64,000 bases of DNA from an uncultured delta proteobacterium (GCA_963772835.1 CAVYYZ010000008.1:288001-352000); one strand, 5' to 3'; counted from the first letter of the stretch, positions 1-10,173 are shown. Notes: a model not told the origin generated them from the sequence alone. Program-made: numbers and translations.

Positions 1-26
1 AACCAGACAAATGACATGTTATGCAT
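1..26 (-). CDS. 5' end of a downstream gene (MHNMSFVW...), truncated by the window edge
   Basis: ATG at 26 on the minus strand preceded by an AAGGAG Shine-Dalgarno; only 8 codons visible. Confidence 0.4.
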
Positions 27-150
27 AGAGTTTCTCCTTGGATAACGTAACTGATCAGGTTGCTAGCCTGAAGGCTGACGGGATAACTCCAATAGACTAT
101 CACCTAACTCAGGATCCTTCAGCCTTCATCATTCAAACCTTAAAACCTGT

Positions 151-1536
151 TTAACATGGCATCTCCGCATTCTTACGAGAATAGTACCACCAAGTCATGA
201 CAATGCAACTGACGTAGAAAATTATAAATCCGTACAGGGCTGCATCCGGACCACCGGTGGTTGCGATGGAGGAACCGAAACTCTTGGGGATGAAGAAGGC
301 TCCGTAGGCGGCAAAGGCCGAGGTAAAGCCAAGTACTGCAGCCGATTCCTTGCCGGCGTCTTTGATGGCCTGCTCCTGGGCTTCCACGCCTTTCCCCTCT
401 GCGTCGCGCTGTCGCTCGGTAAGAAAAATGACTGGGATCATACGGAATGTGGAGCCGTTACCGATTCCTGTGGCGAAGAAGAGGAGAATGAACAGCGCCA
501 GAAAACCCCAGAAGTTTCCGCCTGCGCCACCATGAGGCAGGAAAAAGAGAACGCCAAAGACCGCGATCGCCATAATGATAAAGTTCCAGAACGTAACTGC
601 TGCGCCTCCCAGTTTGTCTGCCATCCAGCCACCCAGTGGCCTTGAGAGAGCACCTACCAGCGGGCCAAGGAAGGCGTACTGGGTTGGATTGACATCAGGG
701 AACTGAGATTTAATCAGGAGCGGAAGGCCAGCTGAGTAACCGATGAATGAACCGAAGGTTCCGAGGTAAAGCCAGCACATGATCCAGTTATGTCTGCGTC
801 TGAAAATGATCGATTGCTCCTTGAACGAAGCTTTGGCGCTGGCGATGTCATTCATGCCGAACCAGGCGGCGATCGTCGAGGCAACGATGAACGGTACCCA
901 GACGAACCCGGCGTTTTGCAGCCAGATGGATTTGGTTACGCCTTTGATCACGCAGACCTGTGGGTCGCCGCACAACGCGCTGAACATGCCGGTGGTTATC
1001 ACGAGCGGCACGAGGAACTGCATCGCGCTGACTCCCAGATTCCCCAGGCCGGCGTTCAACCCCAGCGCGGTTCCCTTCTGCGACTTGGGATAGAAAAAAC
1101 TTATATTTGCCATGCTCGACGCGAAGTTCCCCCCTCCAAAGCCGCAGAGGAGTGCCAGTATCAGCATCGTTGTATAACTGGTGTTCGGATCGCGCACAGC
1201 AAACCCGATGCCGATAGCCGGGATCAGGAGCGATGCCGTGCTGATGGAGGTCCATTTTCTGCCGCCGAATATCGGCACCATGAATGAATAAAATATCCTC
1301 AGGGTTGCGCCCGACAACCCGGGGAGCGCCGCAAGCCAGAAAAGCTTGTTAGGATCATATTTGAAACCGATATTCGGCAGATTGACGACAACCACGCTCC
1401 AGACCATCCAGACCGAGAAGGCTAGCAGTAGCGCCGGGATAGAGATCCAGAGATTGCGGCTGGCAACTCTCTTTCCTTTCTTCTCCCAGAAATCCTTATC
1501 TTCCGGGCTCCACTCTGTTAGTACTCGTGATGACAT
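151..1536 (-). CDS. narK: NarK2-type nitrate/nitrite transporter (MFS, NNP family)
   Basis: N-terminal W.PED..FW motif, nitrate signature GFGGGNFASSM..IS.FYPK, GIGNGSTFRMIP; last gene of the nar operon. Confidence 0.93.
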   Translation of the reverse strand: MSSRVLTEWSPEDKDFWEKKGKRVASRNLWISIPALLLAFSVWMVWSVVVVNLPNIGFKYDPNKLFWLAALPGLSGATLRIFYSFMVPIFGGRKWTSISTASLLIPAIGIGFAVRDPNTSYTTMLILALLCGFGGGNFASSMANISFFYPKSQKGTALGLNAGLGNLGVSAMQFLVPLVITTGMFSALCGDPQVCVIKGVTKSIWLQNAGFVWVPFIVASTIAAWFGMNDIASAKASFKEQSIIFRRRHNWIMCWLYLGTFGSFIGYSAGLPLLIKSQFPDVNPTQYAFLGPLVGALSRPLGGWMADKLGGAAVTFWNFIIMAIAVFGVLFFLPHGGAGGNFWGFLALFILLFFATGIGNGSTFRMIPVIFLTERQRDAEGKGVEAQEQAIKDAGKESAAVLGFTSAFAAYGAFFIPKSFGSSIATTGGPDAALYGFIIFYVSCIVMTWWYYSRKNAEMPC

Positions 1537-1564
1537 TGGTGGTCTCCTTTTTACAGTTCTATTG

Positions 1565-3103
1565 TTATGACGGTACGTTCGTTACGGTCCCTTCGATCTT
1601 GCGCATATCCTTCGGGTGTTTCTCGGACATCATCTTTTTTACGACATAGTTCAAGGAGAGAAGGCAGACCAGCGACAGGGCAAACATGAACATCCAGCAG
1701 CTGCTCCAGAGTCCGGTCCATTCCAGCAGATAACCGAAAACGATCGGACAGACAAAACCGCCCAGGCCGCCCAGAACTCCTACCATGCCGCCGACTACGC
1801 CAACCTCCTCCGGGAAGTAGTCCGGAATAAGTTTGTAGACCGCCGCCTTGCCGATCCCCCAGGTGCTGCCCAGGATAAAAACCAAGGCGGCAAAGATCCA
1901 GACGTTGGCCTGGAAGGAAATTCGTGTTACCCCCTTGGCGAGCAGTTCCTTCTTTTTTACCGTCTGCCCGACAGCAACCACCGGTTCCTGCCAAGTCTGC
2001 TTCCTGGGAAAAACCAGCATCTTGTCATCAAACTTCTCCAAAACTTCCGGTTTTGCCTTTAACGTGTATGGCTGCTCGTTGCCAACTGCGGATGAAGCGA
2101 TCACTTCCTTGACCATTACAGAGGCTGGCGTTACCTCCTTAACCACTCCGCTTCGCTTTGCCATGACGCCACGGCCGGGCGAATAGATTTCCATCTTCGG
2201 TACAATTACCAGGAGGCTGATCAGTGTTGAAGCTCCCAGTACCCAGAACATGATCTGGCGACCACCGAATTTGTCGGACATCCACCCACCCAGGGCACGG
2301 ATTACTCCTGACGGGACACTGAACAGCGAGGCAAACAGTCCGGCAGTCACCAAAGGCAGGTAATAGACGTTGACGAAATAGGGGACAAGCCACTGGGAAA
2401 AGGCGACAAAGCAGCCGAATACCAGGAAGTAATACATGCCGAAGCGCCAGACGCGGATATGCTTGAGCGGGGTCAGCATCTGAGTAAAGGATTTGCCGGA
2501 ACTGGCCGGTTTTTTGTTCTCGCTGAAGAGCATGAAGATCACGCCCATAGCTACAAGGATCATGGCGTAATAGACAGGAAGCTGCCGCCACCCCTCAATA
2601 TTAGCGCCGTTATTGGTCAGCTTATTGAGCATAGTAGGGGCAAACAGCGTGGTTAGGGCCGCCCCGGCATTTCCGGCGCCAAAGATACCAAGCGCCGTTC
2701 CCTGCCGTTCTTTGGGATACCAGACCGAAGTAAAGGCGATACCGATGGAAAAGCTTACTCCGACCATGCCAAAACCAAAACTGCAGAGTGCGAATGAGGT
2801 AAAGCTGTCGGCCTTGGACAGCAGATACATGGGGAGGGCACAGAGGAACAGGAGCGCCCCGAAAACGGGCTTGCCACCGAACTTGTCGGTCAGCATGCCG
2901 GCCGGGAGGCGGAACAACGAGCCGGTCAGGACCGGAATCCCAAACAGCCAGCCGATTTTCACCGGACCCCAGTTAAATACCTGGTTATCGACCAGAAATG
3001 TTACCAGTACGCCGTTGAACATCCAGGCGCCAAAGCAGACCGTAAAGGCCAGGGTATTGAGAAAGAGAATTTTATGTGATTTAGCGGTAGCGGTTTCCAA
3101 CAT
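1565..3103 (-). CDS. narK: NarK1-type nitrate transporter (MFS) with a ~96-aa extramembrane insertion
   Basis: LNTLAFTVCF, WYPKERQGTALGIFGAGNAG, GIGKAAVYKLIPDYFP; ATG at 3103 after AAGGA. Confidence 0.88.
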   Translation of the reverse strand: MLETATAKSHKILFLNTLAFTVCFGAWMFNGVLVTFLVDNQVFNWGPVKIGWLFGIPVLTGSLFRLPAGMLTDKFGGKPVFGALLFLCALPMYLLSKADSFTSFALCSFGFGMVGVSFSIGIAFTSVWYPKERQGTALGIFGAGNAGAALTTLFAPTMLNKLTNNGANIEGWRQLPVYYAMILVAMGVIFMLFSENKKPASSGKSFTQMLTPLKHIRVWRFGMYYFLVFGCFVAFSQWLVPYFVNVYYLPLVTAGLFASLFSVPSGVIRALGGWMSDKFGGRQIMFWVLGASTLISLLVIVPKMEIYSPGRGVMAKRSGVVKEVTPASVMVKEVIASSAVGNEQPYTLKAKPEVLEKFDDKMLVFPRKQTWQEPVVAVGQTVKKKELLAKGVTRISFQANVWIFAALVFILGSTWGIGKAAVYKLIPDYFPEEVGVVGGMVGVLGGLGGFVCPIVFGYLLEWTGLWSSCWMFMFALSLVCLLSLNYVVKKMMSEKHPKDMRKIEGTVTNVPS

Positions 3104-3143
3104 CAGCAAGTCCTTTCAAAGCTCGATTCAATCATCAAAAAAA

Positions 3144-3809
3144 TTATTTTGAGCGCCAGCGATACAGGATCGGCGGGTCCATCAGGAATCGGAGCGGGAC
3201 GTAGAGCAGGTGCACGAGCTTGGTAAACGGCAGCAGTGCCACGATCAGGAAGGCACAGGCTGCATGGAGCTTGAAGACCAACGGGAAGTCGGCCATATAT
3301 TCAATCTGCGGATTGAAAGTTACCAGCGACCAGAAATAGGGGACCACGCTATGCAGGTACCATTGAGATCCCCAGCGCATGAATGTTGCGACATAGACAC
3401 CGGAAAGGCTTTGTGCCGCCAGCAGATAGAGCAGTACCCAATCCGAGTAGAATGTAACCCGCTTCAAAAGAGGGGTGTTTACGCGGCGCAGTAACAGCGC
3501 CAGACAACCGAACAGGGCGAAGAGGCCAAGCGCCAGTCCGATGCTCTCGAAGATGATCAGATTGTTCTGATTCCCGAGAATCGCCTTCATCGGCCCGGGG
3601 AAAACAACACCAAGAAAATGGGCCGCTAGAACCGGCAGGATGCCATAGTGCCAGGGATTTATCCCCCAGAAGAGTCGGTCACGCTCCAGAAATTGCGTAG
3701 AGTAGGCCGACCATGTCAGGCGATTAGAGTAGAAGCGGTACGGTGTTGCAAAGATTAATAGCGCCAGAGCGGTGTAGGGCATCACGATAAAAATAAAATT
3801 GTTCAGCAT
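3144..3809 (-). CDS. narI: Respiratory nitrate reductase gamma subunit (cytochrome b)
   Basis: 5-TM profile, STQFLE, four heme-ligand His (WHYG..H, KLH..PFTKLVH); operon position. Confidence 0.93.
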   Translation of the reverse strand: MLNNFIFIVMPYTALALLIFATPYRFYSNRLTWSAYSTQFLERDRLFWGINPWHYGILPVLAAHFLGVVFPGPMKAILGNQNNLIIFESIGLALGLFALFGCLALLLRRVNTPLLKRVTFYSDWVLLYLLAAQSLSGVYVATFMRWGSQWYLHSVVPYFWSLVTFNPQIEYMADFPLVFKLHAACAFLIVALLPFTKLVHLLYVPLRFLMDPPILYRWRSK

Positions 3810-4351
3810 GGCTGCACCTCCTTACAATCTTCAGCACAGAGCAGTCGGGCCGTTTCAACCAGCACCTTCCAGTGGGAATCCTGCCGGGAGGCAAAGGCGG
3901 CAGAGAGCCGTTCCACCCCCGGCAGCACGCATTCGGCGATGAATGGCTGTCGTGTCCCCTGTTCCTCCTGACGTGCCAGATGGGCCAGAAAACCAAGTAC
4001 CACCGACAGGTGGTCGGGAAGTTCGGTTCCTGATGGGGATGTATCCGCATCGTTCGAACTCCTGTTTCAGCATGATCATGTAGCTGCCTTTCTTCTGGTT
4101 GTCTCCAAAGAGATGATGTCCCAGATACGGGGCGGTGGCCGGATTGAAGTCGAAGGTGGCAACGTACTCCTCCTGAAGTGCCGCCAGAGATGAAGCGGCA
4201 GCAAACCCGGCAAAAGATGGAGAGGGAGCTGTTCAGTCGCTGCTTGTTCAAAAAGGTGCTGACAAGAGTCATAATCGACCTGCAGCAGTTCCTTGTCCTC
4301 CGGATAGTCGAGCATCCGGGCAAGGGCATCGTAGCTGGCGGAAATGGTCAT
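3803..4351 (-). pseudogene. narJ: Nitrate reductase Mo-cofactor chaperone NarJ, broken by three +1 insertions (possibly sequencing errors)
   Basis: Removing single bases at ~4267, ~4218 and ~4034 gives a continuous ORF with LDYP, LQEEYVATFDFNP, ELPDHLSVVLGFLAHL; overlaps the narH stop and narI start. Confidence 0.85.
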
Positions 4352-5802
4352 TTCGGCCCCCTTGTCTTCTTCAGGATACCGAAACCGCTGGCACCCTTGC
4401 GCTGGTATGAGTCCTGCTCTTCCCGCTGCTGGGTCGGGATAATGTTCCTCTCACGGTATGGGGCGATGGTAAAGAGGCGATAGAGGCGATTTGCCCCCTC
4501 TTCGTCCAGTCCCGCATTTTTAAGGATAGACTCTTCGATCGGTTGGCCAAGGTTGCCGGCGCGTTTGAAGAGCCGCAGGGCAATCTGTTTCCGCAAGATT
4601 TCGGCAATAATTTCCTGGTTGCCACCGGACAGAAGGTTTGCCAGGAAGCTGATTGGTGCCCGCATTTTTTCAAGGAGCGGGAACGTGCCATGGTCGGCCA
4701 GTTCATGGAGATCGCCACCGCTGGAAATTACCGGAGAGAGTGAGGGGATGTAGTAGGCCATCGGCATGGTACGAAATTCAGGATGTAACGGCAGTGCGAC
4801 GGCAAATTCTTTCACCAGGGCATATACCGGTGATTTTTCGGCAGCCTCCAGCCACTGATCCGAGACCCCGTTCTGTGCGGGCAGCTTCCCGTGACTGCCG
4901 GATCGTGCGGATCCAGGATGACGTCACGATGAGCCGCCACCAGTTGATCGTCGGGCTTGAGAAGCGCTTCTTCGACACGGTCGGCATCGTAGAGCAGCAC
5001 GCCGACGTGACGGATTCTGCCGACGCAGCTGTGTGCGCAGGCGTTGCACTGGCCGGTCTCGGTACGCGGGAAACAGAAGATGCACTTCTCCGCCTTGCCG
5101 CTCTGCCAGTTGAAATAGACCTTTTTATACGGACAGGCACTGGTGCAGAAACGCCACCCTTTGCAGACCTCCTGATCCACCAGCACGACGCCATCCTCGC
5201 CCCGTTTGTAGATCGCACGGGACGGACAGGAGGCGACGCAGGCCGGATTCAGACAGTGATTGCAGATGCGGGGGAGGTAGTGCATGAACATGCGCCCGTA
5301 ATCTTCGACCAGGGTGCGGTCTTCAAGATTGTACGTCCTCTACGGCATAGACCTGCGAGCCGGAGAGATCGTCGTCCCAGTTAGGCCCCCCCGTGATCTT
5401 TTCAATCCGCTCACCGGAGACCTGGGAAAAAGCCTCGGCTACCGGTTGATCGCTGCCGGGGGGGGCTTTGTACAGGTTGCTGTAGTCGAAGTCGAACGGC
5501 TCATAGTAGTCCTCCAGCTTCGGCATGTTGGGCTGGAAGAACATGTTCAGCAGTGTCGGTCCTTTGCCCAGTGCACGAAGCTTCAACTTTCCATTCTCGC
5601 GAAGCCAACCGCCTTTGAAGATGTTCTGATTTTCCCACTTTTTGGGGTAGCCGACACCCGGTTTTGTTTCGACGTTGTTCCACCACATGTACTCGGCACC
5701 CTTGCGGTCGGTCCAGATGTTCTTGCAGGAGATGCTGCAGGTGTGACAGCCGATGCACTTGTCCAGATTGAATACCATTACCAGTTGAGCTCGTACGTCC
5801 AT
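4348..5802 (-). pseudogene. narH: Respiratory nitrate reductase beta (Fe-S) subunit, broken by three +1 insertions (possibly sequencing errors)
   Basis: NLDKCIGCHTCS, RICNHCLNPACVASCP, KCIFCFPR, ALPLHPEFRTMPM spread over three ORFs; frame restored by deleting single bases at ~5332, ~4892 and ~4876. Confidence 0.92.
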
Positions 5803-5806
5803 TGCC

Positions 5807-8800
5807 TCACCCCCTCAACTTTCTGACTACCACGTAGCTGTCACGGTTTACGCCGGTCGGCCCCCAGTAGTTGAAGTAATAACTGAATTGTGCGTAACCG
5901 CCGAGCATCAGGGTCGGCTTCAGGCGGATGCGGGAGAGACTGTTGTGTACACCGCCGTGCCTGCCGCTTTTCCGGGACTTTTTGACATTGAGAGTCCGCT
6001 CCGGCGCGTGGTACATAATCGCCGCCCCGCGTGGTATGCGTGATGATACGACGGCACGGCTGGTCACCACACCATTCGCGTTAAAGACCTCGATCTCCTC
6101 ATTGTCCTCAATCCCGGCACTCGCCGCATCTTCGTGGTTAAGCCAGACGACCGGGCCGCCGCGCGATAGGGTCAGCATTCTCTGGTTGTCACTGTAGGTG
6201 GAGTGGATACTCCACTTGCCGTGCGGGGTCAGGAAGTTGAGGATCAGCCCGGTTTCACCCTCGGTTTCGTCCAGGATAGCCGGGTTGAGTTTACCTTTGA
6301 AGGTCGGTAGACCCTCGTTGAACTCACCATAATAGGGGTGGTCGAGGTACAGTGACTGTCGGCCGGAAAGGGTCCGCCAGGGTACGCCGTGCTCCACGTT
6401 CAGAGTGAAAGGTGCGTAGGGACGGTTTTCGTTGACTAACCCGCTCCAGACCGGGGAACTGAGGTGGCGGCGCGGTTTTTGAGTAACTTCCTCCCAGGTG
6501 ATACGGAAGTTGCGGTCCCCCTCGGATATGTGCGCAAGCGGCTTGCCGACCCGCTTCTCCAGGTTCTGATAGGCGCGATGTGCCAGTTCACCGTTGGTCT
6601 CCGGGGCGAGGGCCATAATAACATCGGCTACGTTTCGTACGTCCTCCATATCGATGAAGGTCTTATCTCCCCATGAGCGGGTCGGCATTGTTGCCAGGAG
6701 CTTTTCGTGGACGTCGTCCGCCTCCCAGCTGACACCGTGAGCATGGAGATGGCCGATGTGCGGGCCGAGAGACATGAAACGATTGTAGAGATTGATGTAG
6801 TCGCGCTCGACGATCGGGAGGTTTGGCATGGTCTTGCCTGGAATCGCCTCACACTCGCCCAGCTTCCAATCCTTCACATTTCGCTGGGCAATTTCACCCG
6901 GTGTGTCGTGTTGCAGAGGCGCGGCAATAATGTCTTTGAATGGCGTAGGAAAGTGCTTCGGTGAAAGTTCACTGACCTTTTTGGCGATCCCGGCGAAAAT
7001 ATTCCAATCGGATTTTGATTCCCAGGCCGGATCAACGGCGGCATCCATGCAGTTGACAAAGGAGTGCATGTCAGTGGTGTTCAGGTCTGATTTTTCGTAC
7101 CAGGTGGCTGCCGGCAGGACGATGTCCGAATAAAGAGTTGAGGTATCCATGCGGAAGTTGAGATCCACCACCAGATCCATTTTGCCGGTGGGGGCCTTTT
7201 CGTGCCAGACGATGTCCTTGACCTGACCCTTTGCGGCCTCTCGGGCGGTAAAGCTGCTGTTGGGAGCGCCGATGACATGCTTGAGAAAAAACTCGTGTCC
7301 CTTGGCGCTGGAGGAGATGGCGTTGCCACGCCAGATAAACCAGACTTTGGGGGAATTACCTTCACCATCAGGGTCCTCAATGGCGAAACGGGTCTCGCCG
7401 CTCTTGAGGCGCTTGATCAGCCAGGCGCGAACTTCATCGTCAGTCACAGCACCGTCTGCCTGCGCTTGTTCCATCAGCCGGACAGGGCTCTCGTTGAAAT
7501 GGGGGGAGAAGGGGAGCCAGCCGAGCCGGACCGCTTTGGCGTTGAAGTCGGCGGTATGCATCGGCATGTTTTCGCCGGTTTCCGGTTTGAAGTAATCGAC
7601 GAAATTGCGATCATAACGCCACTGGTCCGAATGCATATACCAGAAGCTCGGGGTATTTTGCAGCCGCGATGCCTTTGTCCAGTCCTGGGCCATGGCGATG
7701 GAGGTCCAGGGAGCGAGTGGCACCACCTTTTCCTGACCGACATAGTGGGCCAGGCCGGCGCCGTTCCGTCCGACGCTGCCGGTCAGGATCAGGGCGGTGA
7801 TGGCGGCCCGGTAGATCAGGTCGTTGTGATACCAGTGGTTGACGCCTGCGCCGATGATAATCATGTTGCGTCCGGTACTCTGTTCGCCGTTCACGGCCCA
7901 TTCGCGGGCGATTGTTATCAGGGTGTCGGCAGCAATGCCGGTATATTTTTCCTGCCATACGGGGGTAAAGGGTTTGTCGTCCTGGTAATTTGCCGGATAA
8001 TCGCCCCCCAGGCCGCGCGAAACGCCGAATTGGCCCATAAGAAGGTCAAAAACGGTAGCTACGGTAACTTCCCCCTCTTTCGTCATGACGCGCCTGACCG
8101 GGACATCCCGGAGTACGTCACCGTCGGCCTCGAAAGAGAAACGAACCGTACGGGTCGTCTGGCCCAGGTTGGTCAGGCAGCAGTCGATATCGCCACCATC
8201 CACCATGTCCACCATATCCAGGTTCCAATTCCCCTCCTGTTTGCTCCAACGTGAACCGACGCTGCCATGAGGGAAACGGGCATTCCCGGCGCTGTCGCCG
8301 ACACAGAGGGTCCAGTCTGCATTTTCAATCCCTTCGCCCCGCTCAAGGTCGGCCGCACGCAGAAATTCTCCCTGCCGTAATGCCCCGTCCTTCTCGGTCA
8401 GTTTGACCAGAAACGGCAGATCGGTGTACTTGCGCACGTATTCATCGAAGAAGGGGACCTGCCGGTTGGCGTAGAACTCTGTCAAAATTACATGGTTCAC
8501 CGCCATCCAGAATGCGCCGTCATGCCCCTGTTCCACCGGGAGCCAGGCATCGGCAAACTTACTCGCCATGCTGTAGTCGGGGGACATAACCACCACTTTG
8601 GTGCCGCGGTAGCGGGCCTCTGTCATGAAGTGAGCATCCGGGGTCCGGGTCATCGGGACGTTAGAGCCGCACAGGACGATGTAGGATGCGTTATACCAGT
8701 CAGCTGATTCGTTGACATCCGTCTGCTCACCCCAGACCTGCGGAGATGCAGGGGGAAGGTCGCAGTACCAGTCATAGAAACTCATGGCAACACCGCCAAG

Positions 8801-9382
8801 CAGCTGAAGAAAACGGGTGCCGGCAGCATAACTGATCATCGACATGGCCGGGATGGGTGAAAAGCCGATCACCCGGTCCGGGCCATGTTTCTTGGCGGTG
8901 TACAGGGAGGAAGCAGCGATCAGTTCGGTCGCCTCATCCCATGAAGCACGACGGAAGCCCCCCATGCCGCGCTTGCTGACATAACTCTCACGAGAGTCGG
9001 GGCTTTCTACAATGCTCTTCCATGCTTCGACCGGATCGTCATGAACAGCGCGGGCCTGACGCCAAAGATCGATCAGCACACCGCGCATGTAGGGGTGCTT
9101 AACCCGCAGCGGACTGTAGAGATACCAGGAAAAGCTGATTCCCCTTGGACAGCCTCGCGGCTCGTGATTAGGCAGGTCACCGTTAAACTGGGGATAATCG
9201 TTAGCCTGCAGTTCCCAACCGACAATGCCGTCCTTGACGTGAACCATCCAGCTGCATCCGCCGGTGCAGTTGACTCCGTGGGTACTGCGCACCACCTTGT
9301 CATGTTGCCACCGGTTCCGGTAAAACTCCTCCCACCCCCGGTCGCAGGGACTATGGTCATCCTTGATCCGCTCGTTCGACAT
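5807..9382 (-). CDS. narG: Respiratory nitrate reductase alpha subunit (Mo-bisPGD)
   Basis: 1191 aa; STHGVNCTGGCSW FS0 motif, SFYDWYCDLPPASPQVWGEQTDV, C-terminal YWGPTGVNRD; no Tat signal. Confidence 0.97.
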   Translation of the reverse strand: MSNERIKDDHSPCDRGWEEFYRNRWQHDKVVRSTHGVNCTGGCSWMVHVKDGIVGWELQANDYPQFNGDLPNHEPRGCPRGISFSWYLYSPLRVKHPYMRGVLIDLWRQARAVHDDPVEAWKSIVESPDSRESYVSKRGMGGFRRASWDEATELIAASSLYTAKKHGPDRVIGFSPIPAMSMISYAAGTRFLQLLGGVAMSFYDWYCDLPPASPQVWGEQTDVNESADWYNASYIVLCGSNVPMTRTPDAHFMTEARYRGTKVVVMSPDYSMASKFADAWLPVEQGHDGAFWMAVNHVILTEFYANRQVPFFDEYVRKYTDLPFLVKLTEKDGALRQGEFLRAADLERGEGIENADWTLCVGDSAGNARFPHGSVGSRWSKQEGNWNLDMVDMVDGGDIDCCLTNLGQTTRTVRFSFEADGDVLRDVPVRRVMTKEGEVTVATVFDLLMGQFGVSRGLGGDYPANYQDDKPFTPVWQEKYTGIAADTLITIAREWAVNGEQSTGRNMIIIGAGVNHWYHNDLIYRAAITALILTGSVGRNGAGLAHYVGQEKVVPLAPWTSIAMAQDWTKASRLQNTPSFWYMHSDQWRYDRNFVDYFKPETGENMPMHTADFNAKAVRLGWLPFSPHFNESPVRLMEQAQADGAVTDDEVRAWLIKRLKSGETRFAIEDPDGEGNSPKVWFIWRGNAISSSAKGHEFFLKHVIGAPNSSFTAREAAKGQVKDIVWHEKAPTGKMDLVVDLNFRMDTSTLYSDIVLPAATWYEKSDLNTTDMHSFVNCMDAAVDPAWESKSDWNIFAGIAKKVSELSPKHFPTPFKDIIAAPLQHDTPGEIAQRNVKDWKLGECEAIPGKTMPNLPIVERDYINLYNRFMSLGPHIGHLHAHGVSWEADDVHEKLLATMPTRSWGDKTFIDMEDVRNVADVIMALAPETNGELAHRAYQNLEKRVGKPLAHISEGDRNFRITWEEVTQKPRRHLSSPVWSGLVNENRPYAPFTLNVEHGVPWRTLSGRQSLYLDHPYYGEFNEGLPTFKGKLNPAILDETEGETGLILNFLTPHGKWSIHSTYSDNQRMLTLSRGGPVVWLNHEDAASAGIEDNEEIEVFNANGVVTSRAVVSSRIPRGAAIMYHAPERTLNVKKSRKSGRHGGVHNSLSRIRLKPTLMLGGYAQFSYYFNYWGPTGVNRDSYVVVRKLRG

Positions 9383-10173
9383 TATCTGATCCTCCTTTTG
9401 TAGAGAGTCAATCCCAGTAGTAACAGAGCAAACAGGGCTCCGCCCGCCAGAGGGAGGGATATTGAAGAACCGCCCGCCTTCTGTGAAGTGGAGTCCTTGA
9501 ACAGAGCCATCAACGCCGCAATTTCGTCATCGGTTAACGGGCGATCGGCATAGATCTTCTTCATGATCGGGAACTTGAGCGCCTTGAGCGCACCCTGCAT
9601 ACCGTTGTCGCCCATCTTCTTGTACGAAGCACTCAGGTCGGCAACGGAGAGATTTCCACCCTCAATACCTGGATAGGTAAAGGGATGGCATGAGAGGCAT
9701 GGTGCACCACCCTTGGCCAGTCTCGTGCCGCCGGTAAAAAGTGCCTTGCCCTGAGCGATCAGTTCCGGCGTCACCGCAGTTTCAGTCTTTGCAGGTGGAC
9801 GCGCAGTGCCAGTCGATACGGCAACGCCGCCGGCTCCGGCGAGATAGGTGATAATCTTCTTGGCGTCATCAGCGCTAATCCCCAGATTAGGCATCTCATA
9901 GCCGTATTTCTTTACCAGTTCGGCCTGAATCGGGTCTTTGCTCACTGTCAGACTGTTCGGTTCACGTATGAGCGTTTCAAGCCACTCGTGCGTTCGCATG
10001 GCGGCTACCCCCTTCAGATCGGGGCCGCCACCGTCGCCGCCGCCGATGGTATGGCAACCGGCGCACTGTTTGTCGAACAGATCTTTTCCCTGATCTGCCC
10101 AGACGGATAAGCTACTTGTCGACAGAATCAACAGCGCGATAATACAGCTCAGAAACCTGCTTGAATGTGCCAT
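9382..10173 (-). CDS. Membrane-anchored diheme cytochrome c, NarC-like, first gene of the nar operon
   Basis: Signal peptide, CAGCH and CLSCH heme motifs, C-terminal TM helix; stop overlaps the narG start. Confidence 0.85.
   Translation of the reverse strand: MAHSSRFLSCIIALLILSTSSLSVWADQGKDLFDKQCAGCHTIGGGDGGGPDLKGVAAMRTHEWLETLIREPNSLTVSKDPIQAELVKKYGYEMPNLGISADDAKKIITYLAGAGGVAVSTGTARPPAKTETAVTPELIAQGKALFTGGTRLAKGGAPCLSCHPFTYPGIEGGNLSVADLSASYKKMGDNGMQGALKALKFPIMKKIYADRPLTDDEIAALMALFKDSTSQKAGGSSISLPLAGGALFALLLLGLTLYKRRIR

Noticed and set aside
3724..4329. 201-aa minus-strand ORF overlapping narJ/narI
   Set aside because: A by-product of the narJ frameshifts; only a short internal stretch is in the true NarJ frame
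4034..5332. Programmed frameshifting, RNA editing or selenocysteine read-through to explain the narH/narJ breaks
   Set aside because: Six separate events would be needed, with no consistent slippery sequences, and the TGA stops are in shifted frames. Sequencing error or decay is simpler.
7202..8254. 350-aa plus-strand ORF, and the many other antisense ORFs in the track
   Set aside because: Shadow ORFs opposite well-supported genes, with no recognisable motifs
5807..9382. Periplasmic Nar, Nxr or perchlorate reductase
   Set aside because: No twin-arginine signal; narJ, narI and narK context fits a cytoplasm-facing Nar
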